Assembly (NCBI GenBank): GCA_963842525.1 | Contig: CAWJGT010000001.1 | Coordinates: 608,001-672,000, forward strand | Source of the DNA: an uncultured Holophagales bacterium | GTDB taxonomy: Bacteria; Acidobacteriota; Thermoanaerobaculia; Multivoradales; UBA5704 | Length of the DNA: 64,000 nt | Reading direction: 5' to 3' | Shown: one piece after another, positions 57,591 through 64,000 of the stretch | How positions within the stretch are numbered: position 1 is the stretch's first letter | Layout of the letters: each line of letters starts with the position of its first letter | Notes under the pieces: model-generated | What the model saw: the letters and a program-made list of their open reading frames with translations, nothing else | Databases searched by the model: none | Told to the model about the DNA's origin: nothing | Position numbers and translations under genes: made by a program

Positions 57591-58460
57591 GTGACGCTGA
57601 TCATCCCTGAGCAGCTTGCCGCCACGTGCCGCCGAACGCCTGAGCGCCGCACCTGGCTCGAACTGCTGCCTAACACCATCCGCGAGCTGCAAGACAGGTG
57701 GTCGTTGTCGCTGGGCGCCCCTTTCGACGGTAACGAGGTGAGCTGCGCTTGGGTCGCGCCCGCCGTGCGCAGAGACGGGACCCGCGCCGTTCTCAAGCTT
57801 GGAATGCCGCACATGGAAGGAGAGCACGAGATCCAGGCCCTGCGTTTCTGGGAAGCTGGTCCAACGGTGCGCCTGCTCGAAGCCGATGACGATCTCAACG
57901 CGATGCTGCTCGAGCGTTGCGAGCCTGGAACGGCGCTCCGCCATCTGCCGGAGCCTGAACAGGATGTGATCCTTGCGGGTCTCCTCCGCCGTCTCTGGCG
58001 CATGCCGGCAGCGCCATACCCCTTCCGTCCTCTCTCTGCCATGATCGCTCACTGGGCGAACGAGACGATCGCGGACTTTGCCAGATGGCCAGATGCGGGG
58101 CTGGTCCAGGAAGGCCTCCGCCTCTTCGAGGAGCTGCCGCGTACGTCACCCGACGACGTGTTGCTTGCCACCGATCTGCACGCGGGCAACGTCCTGCAAG
58201 CGCAGCGAGAGCCATGGCTCGTCATCGACCCCAAACCTTTCGTTGGGGTATCTGCGTATGACGCAACCCAACATCTCCTCAACTGCGAAGCGCGGATGCG
58301 CGCAGATCCGGCTGCAACGATACGCCGCTTCGCCGACCTCCTCGAAGTCGACGACGAGCGCATCCGGCTGTGGCTGTTCGCACGCTCAGCCGCGGAGCCC
58401 CGTGACACCTGGGACGACGACTCACTCGCCCTGGCGAGGAGGCTCGAAACCGTGAGCACC
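57591..58460 (+). CDS. APH(6)/StrB-like aminoglycoside/hydroxyurea kinase family protein (frame reads on to 58871)
   Basis: WLELLP...RWSL, AVLKL, LLLER-like MLLER, DLHAGNVL, WLVIDPKP. Confidence 0.85.
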
Positions 58461-58499
58461 GGGCATGTACGTTCGTGGGGTGTTACATCTAGGACCCTG

Positions 58500-59048
58500 C
58501 AGCCGAAGAGGGCCGGGCCGGACCTGCTGCGAGCAAGGGATACGGGTTCAGAGTGCCGCCCGACGGCGGGTAGATGCCGTAGTGGAGGTGCGGCGACGGC
58601 GGGCTGCGGCATTGCCGGAGTTTCCGACGTAGCCGATCACCGTGCCGGCCTCGACCCACTGCCCTTGGCGCACATCACCCCAACTTTCCAGGTGTGCGAA
58701 GCAGTGCTGCCATCCGGCTGGCCCGTTGACCGTATCCGCCACGTTCTCCGGAACCCGTTCGTTCCCAGGCCGGAGATATACCCTTCCGTCGCCGACAGGA
58801 CCGGCGCGTTCCGCTTCGCTAACATGTTGATTCCCTCATGCTGCCGCCCGCCGTTGCGCGGATCGCCGTAGCTGTCCCACAACCGTCCCTTGGCCACACC
58901 CACCACCGGGATTGGTAGCGACTCTGGCGGCGGCTGCGAGAGCAGCTCGTAATAGCGCGGGTCGAGGAGGGGGCATCGTCACGCAGGCTCCGGCGAGGAC
59001 GAGCAGAGGGAGGAAAGCGAGGGCGGCGGAGTGCTTCAGACGTCTCAT
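58500..59048 (-). pseudogene. M23 peptidase lipoprotein, 5' copy, frameshifted and decayed
   Basis: LAGAC lipobox, QHEGIN (D to N), [18 protein letters not shown]. Confidence 0.75.
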
Positions 59049-59151
59049 GGCAGCCTGAATAACAGTCCTTCCGCCGAAGCTCTTCCCAACGGCTGGGCTC
59101 AACCCTCTCTCTTTTCTGGGCGGGCGCAGAGATTGCCCTGACAGGCCTCGA

Positions 59152-60996
59152 TCAAGCCGGCGATCTCGCGCGGCGCGAGCTGCGCGAAGTCATAACTGGC
59201 CTCCCCTGCCGCTGCCACGTCGATGTCCTGCGCCAGGTACGAGGCGAGGGCGCTGCACCTCGTCGCGTACCGCCACGGCCACCCTTTGCTGGCCGGGGGA
59301 AAAGGCGCAAGGTCAGGTCGTAGAGGAAGTACTGCCCGTAGGCGATGAGCATCTTCTGGCGTGGCACCGTCACCGGCACTTCGACCTGCCGCACCGGCGA
59401 CGGCTCACCCCCTGCGGGGCTGGTCACCACCAGCAGCCGCAGCTTGCCGGCGAAAGCCTCGCCGCTGGGCACCAGGGAGAGGCGGAAGAGCGGGATGTGC
59501 AGGTGCAGACTGCATGGCGACCATGCCGTCGCCAGCGTCGGTGCCATCGCCGGACTCGAGGCCGACGTCCAACGGGTTGTCGGCGAAGCCGTGCATCAGC
59601 GCCGCCAGCGTGCGGTCGATCGTCTGCTCGATCGGCGGCTTGTCGCGGTAGTTGCGACGGTAGTCGAGCCGCGCGCCGGGGCGCGACAGCCGCACCTCGA
59701 TGCGGTGCTCCTTGCCGTCGCCCTGGTGCGTGGGGGCAAAGCCGAGGCTGTAGTAGGTCGCGAGCTCCTCCCTGGCGCATGCGGACGAGGTCGGCGCTGT
59801 AGTCGTTGCCGTCGAGCAGCGCGCGGCCGCCTGTTTCGCTGGCGAGGAAGACCAGCGGTTGCTTCAGGTTGCTGGCGAGCGTCGAGCTCACCGCCTGCAG
59901 CTCCAGCAGCCGCTCGTCAGGCCCCAGGCTGGCGCCGCCGCCCGCCTGCAGGCCGCTCGCCTGCAGGGTATAGAGGCTGACCCCCTGAGCGTTGGCGTGG
60001 GCCGCCAAGCGCCGCAGTTCCTCCGTCGATCGAATAGGACTGCACGTCGAGGGCAACGTCGTTGACGTTGCCGGGCTTGGAGTAGCCCAGCGAGTCGACA
60101 GGAGAGAGCTGGTCGCGGATGTACACGCCTTCCCGCGCCGCGCCGCCGCCGCACAGCCCAAAAAAGGCCTGGGCCAGCTCTTCGCCCGGGTTGAGGGGAA
60201 TCCCATCGGTGACGAGGAGCAGGGCCTTGCGTCCGGTCACGCCGGCGAGCGAGTTGACGACGAAGCGGAGCCGGCCGAGGGTCCGCAGCGCGTCGGCGCG
60301 CATCGCCTTGGCGTAGTCGCGCACGTGCGCCGCCACGCTGGAACCGCAGTAGCCGCCCTGCTTTGCGTGGACCTCCTGCTCGTTCATCATGGACTCGAAC
60401 GCGCTGCGGCGGGCGGTCTCGGCGTCCAGCGCCTGCCGCCGGCGTCGCTTCGATCTCCGCCAGCACCCGCCCGAGGGCCGCACGGTCGGTGGAGAACGGC
60501 AGCCGCAGCTTCAACCCGAGATCGTCGGACACCACCGAAACGCGGTCGGCGGGCAGCGCAGCAGATGGGCGTTGGCGAAATCGCCCACCTGGCGCAGCAC
60601 GCGGGCGCGGTGCGCCGGCCGGGAGGTGCTGGTCGTCGACGTAGACGAGGAGATGGGTGCCCCCTTCGGCCGGCGTGGAGAAGGCGGCGCGACCGCCTCG
60701 CGGGGAGCGGCCGGGGCAGCGGGAGCCGGCGAGTTGGCCGCCGCCGGCTCGATCGACGCAAAGTGGGTGATCTCGACGGGCTTGCCGTCCTCGAAGAACT
60801 GGAAATCGCGGCGGTCGAGGCCGGCGATCGGCTGGCCGGTGCGGTCGGTCGCCCTCACCTCGATGGTGATCAGGTTGACCTCGACCACTTCGCCAAAGGG
60901 AGGCGGAGCAGGGTCCGCGGGCGGCTTGGCGGCGACGGCCGGCGTCGACGAGGCCAGCAGCAACGGCAGCAGGGTGCAGGAGAGCAGGGTTTTCAC
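59152..60996 (-). CDS. VWFA-related acidobacterial domain protein, frameshifted
   Basis: FGEVVEVNLITIEVRATDRTGQP...FEDGKP, GRKALLLVTDG, LASETGG, YYSLGF. Confidence 0.85.
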
Positions 60997-61163
60997 GATC
61001 AGATCCCTCCCAAAGTAAAAGATTCGACTTGTTCCAGACCCTCCATGCAAGGAGGAAACCATACGCTCTCCAGAAGGGATATGCTCCACGGACCGTCCTC
61101 CAGAGCTGACGGCGCGGTCTCTCAGCGGGGACGGCGAGAGACCGCTGCTGCCAGGCGTTTTCG

Positions 61164-61560
61164 CTAGAGCTGTCGCGCCGCGAGATGCGCGGACATGGCG
61201 CGGCGTCCGGCTTCGATCAACGCTTCGAGCCTCTGGCCCTGCATGTCGAACTCGGTCGTGCCATAACCTTTTGCCGGGACCCGGCAGATCTCCTTCTCGT
61301 GGTCCTGGATCAGCATGTTGTCCTGGGACTTGGTCATCGTGTCGACCAGGCGGGAGACGCGCTGGATGGTGGGAGATTCCCTACCGACACCGGCGGCTGA
61401 GGCTGGTTCGGGGCTCCGGGAACCGGCAGGTTCTCGTCGATCAGGAGCCCGAGGTTGCCGGCTCCGGCCGGGTCCGTGCTGCTGCCCATGATTTCCTTCG
61501 TAAAAGCGTCGCTCGTCGCGATCAGCCGGATAGGAAAATTCGAGAGCACGCCGCCGCCGT
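61164..61560 (-). pseudogene. Patatin-like phospholipase, C-terminal fragment
   Basis: DGGVLSNFP motif at the junction; no upstream GxSxG. Confidence 0.7.
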
Positions 61561-62555
61561 CCTCGACCGCCTCCTCCGCACGCAGGCGATCCGGTGCGCG
61601 ACATGGCTCGCACCATCCAAAGCCGGGGTGTCCACTGGGTCCTGATCGCCGCCCGCGGCAGCTCCGACAACGCGGCCCTGTACGCCAAATACCTGTGGGG
61701 CTCGCGCAACGGTCTCCCGGTCGCACTGGCTGCCCCCTCGCTGTTCACCCTTTATGGCACGCCGCCAAAGCTCCAGGGAGCGCTGGTGGTCGGCATCTCG
61801 CAATCGGGCCAGTCCCCGGACATCGTCAGCGTCCTGGCCGAAGGGTACCGCCAGGGCGTTCCGACCCTGGCGATCACCAACGATCCGTCCTCGCCCCTGG
61901 CCCAGGAAGCGGACCTGGTCCTCGACGCCTGCTCCGGTCCCGAGCAAGCGATCGCCGCCACCAAGACCTACACCACCCAACTCCTCTCGATTGCCCTCCT
62001 GTCCGTGGCGCTGAGAGGTGAGAAGACCGAAGCCATCGAGCGAGTGCCGGAGCTGGTCCAGCAGGCGTTGGCCCTCAACAGCTTCATCGAGCAGGCGACG
62101 CAACAATACCGGCACATGACGCAGTGCTTGGTCCTTGGCCGCGGCTTCAACTATGCGACGGCCTCCGAGTGGTCGCTGAAGCTCAAAAGAGACTCGCCGG
62201 CGTCCTCGCCGAGCCGTACTCCTCCGCCGACCTGCAACATGGTCCGGTAGTCCTCATCACCCAAGGTTTTCCCATCCTCGCCGTCGTGCCCGGCGGGGCG
62301 GTGTTCGAGAACCTCCTGGCGCTGCTCGCATCCCTGGTCGAAAACCGCGGCGCCGAGCTGATCGCCATCTCCGACCAGGACAAGGCGCTGGCCCTGGCAC
62401 GTACCCCGCTGCGCCTGCCCCCCGACCTGCCCGAGTGGCTCAGCCCTGTGGCTGGCATCGTCCCCGCCCAGCTCTTCTGCTACCACCTCACCCGAGCCAT
62501 GGGCCGGGATCCGGAGGCGCCGCGAGGTTTGAGCAAGGTCACACGGACGTGGTGA
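61550..62555 (+). CDS. Double SIS-domain sugar-phosphate isomerase/deaminase (GlmS C-terminal-like), 5' end missing, frameshifted
   Basis: AARGSSDNA, ISQSGQSPD, ATKTYT, GRGFNY, HGP, PRGLSKVTRTW. Confidence 0.85.
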
Positions 62556-62659
62556 GAGGCCGGGGTCCACGACGGCGCCCGCTCTTCCTGGCGTCCTCTA
62601 TAATGCCGACGGACCTCCGGTAGACCCCAAAGTGAGGCCTCCCGGCGACAGGGGACGGA

Positions 62660-64000
62660 ATGGAACAGGCTCAGCTCAACTGGATCGCCAACTTCATCTG
62701 GGGCATCGCCGACGACGTCCTGCGCGACCTCTACGTGCGCGGCAAGTACCGCGACGTCATCCTGCCGATGACCGTCCTGCGCCGGCTCGACGCCGTGCTC
62801 GAGCCGACCAAGCAGGCCGTGCTCGACATGAAGGCGTCGCTCGACAAGGCCGGGATCGTCAACCAGGACCAGGCCCTGCGACAGGCGGCCGGCCAGGCGT
62901 TCTACAACACCTCGAAGTTCACGCTGCGCGATCTCAAGGCCCGCGCCAGCCAGCAGCAGCTCCAGGCCGACTTCGAGGCCTACCTCGACGGCTTCTCGCC
63001 CAACGTCCAGGACATCCTCGAGAACTTCGAGTTCCGCAACCAGATCCCGCGCCTGTCGAAGGCCGACGCGCTCGGCACGCTGATCGAGAAGTTCCTCTCG
63101 CCGGACATCAACCTCAGCCCGAACCCTGTCCTGCAACGGCGACGGCTCGGTGAAGCACCCCGGCCTCGACAACCACGCCATGGGCACGATCTTCGAGGAG
63201 CTGGTCCGCCGCTTCAACGAGGAGAACAACGAGGAGGCCGGCGAGCACTGGACGCCGCGCGACGCCGTCAAGCTGATGGCGAACCTGATCTTCCTGCCGA
63301 TCGCCGACGAGATCGAGTCCGGCACCTACCTGCTCTACGACGGCGCCTGCGGCACCGGCGGCATGCTGACCGTCGCCGAGGAGACGCTCAAGGAGCTCGC
63401 GCCAGCAGCACGGCAAGCAGGTCGCCACCCACCTCTACGGCCAGGAGATCAACGCCGAGACCTACGCCATCTGCAAGGCCGACCTGCTGCTCAAGGGCGA
63501 AGGCGAGCAGCCGACAACATCGTCGGCGGCCCGGAGCATTCGACGCTCTCGAACGACGCCTTCCCGTCGCGCGAGTTCGACTTCATGCTCTCCAACCCGC
63601 CCTACGGCAAGAGCTGGAAGAGCGACCTCGAGCGCATGGGCGGCAAGGACGGCATCAAGGACCCGCGCTTCGTCATCGAGCACGCCGGCGACGCCGAGTA
63701 CTCGCTCGTCACCCGCTCCAGCGACGGCCAGATGCTGTTCCTGGCCAACATGCTCTCCAAGATGAAGCACGGCACGACGCTCGGCAGCCGCATCGCCGAG
63801 GTGCACAACGGCTCGTCGCTCTTCACCGGCGACGCCGGCCAGGGCGAGAGCAACATCCGCCGCTGGATCATCGAGAACGACTGGCTCGAGGCCATCGTCG
63901 CCCTGCCGCTCAACATGTTCTACAACACCGGCATCGCCACCTACATCTGGGTGCTCACCAACCGCAAGCCCGCGCACCGCCAGGGCAAGGTGCAGCTCAT
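62660..64000 (+). CDS. hsdM: Type I restriction-modification methyltransferase subunit M (partial, frameshifted)
   Basis: FIWGIADDVLRD, GEHWTPRD, DGACGTGGML, GQEIN, SNPPYG, FYNTGI. Confidence 0.95.
   Translation, partial: MEQAQLNWIANFIWGIADDVLRDLYVRGKYRDVILPMTVLRRLDAVLEPTKQAVLDMKASLDKAGIVNQDQALRQAAGQAFYNTSKFTLRDLKARASQQQLQADFEAYLDGFSPNVQDILENFEFRNQIPRLSKADALGTLIEKFLSPDINLSPNPVLQRRRLGEAPRPRQPRHGHDLRGAGPPLQRGEQRGGRRALDAARRRQADGEPDLPADRRRDRVRHLPALRRRLRHRRHADRRRGDAQGARASSTASRSPPTSTARRSTPRPTPSARPTCCSRAKASSRQHRRRPGAFDALERRLPVARVRLHALQPALRQELEERPRAHGRQGRHQGPALRHRARRRRRVLARHPLQRRPDAVPGQHALQDEARHDARQPHRRGAQRLVALHRRRRPGREQHPPLDHRERLARGHRRPAAQHVLQHRHRHLHLGAHQPQARAPPGQGAAH

Overview
GC-rich bacterial DNA, most likely Acidobacteriota (Thermoanaerobaculia-like). 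This is inferred from a VWFA-related acidobacterial-type gene, CHAT/TPR genes and the repeat families. Almost every long gene carries single-base indels, consistent with an error-prone long-read consensus, so most frameshifts are probably artefacts and true pseudogenes cannot always be told apart. In order, the window holds: an ABC + RND exporter operon; an IS1-like scar and NYN gene; a DUF1800/DUF1501 pair; a metallophosphatase; a SNF2 helicase; a small gene followed by an inverted-repeat-bounded 42-bp tandem array; a TA/Rpn patch; a lower-GC island (degraded TIR-LysR gene converging on an FGE-NifU / receiver / K+ channel / histidine kinase / sulfonate-type ABC operon); a small secreted repeat peptide plus TPR protein; more TA modules; an M4-like peptidase + MBL hydrolase pair; pfk; gap with a Cys-less gap paralogue; integron-cassette-like genes; a sigma-54 activator; a CHAT / unknown / trypsin cluster; an APH(6)-like kinase between duplicated M23 segments; a VWA gene; a SIS gene; and the start of a type I RM hsdM. 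No rRNA, tRNA or CRISPR array was seen. The best candidates for undescribed systems are the repeat-peptide + TPR pair, the FGE-NifU/K-channel signalling operon, the IR-bounded tandem array, and the M4 + MBL and CHAT + trypsin protease modules.
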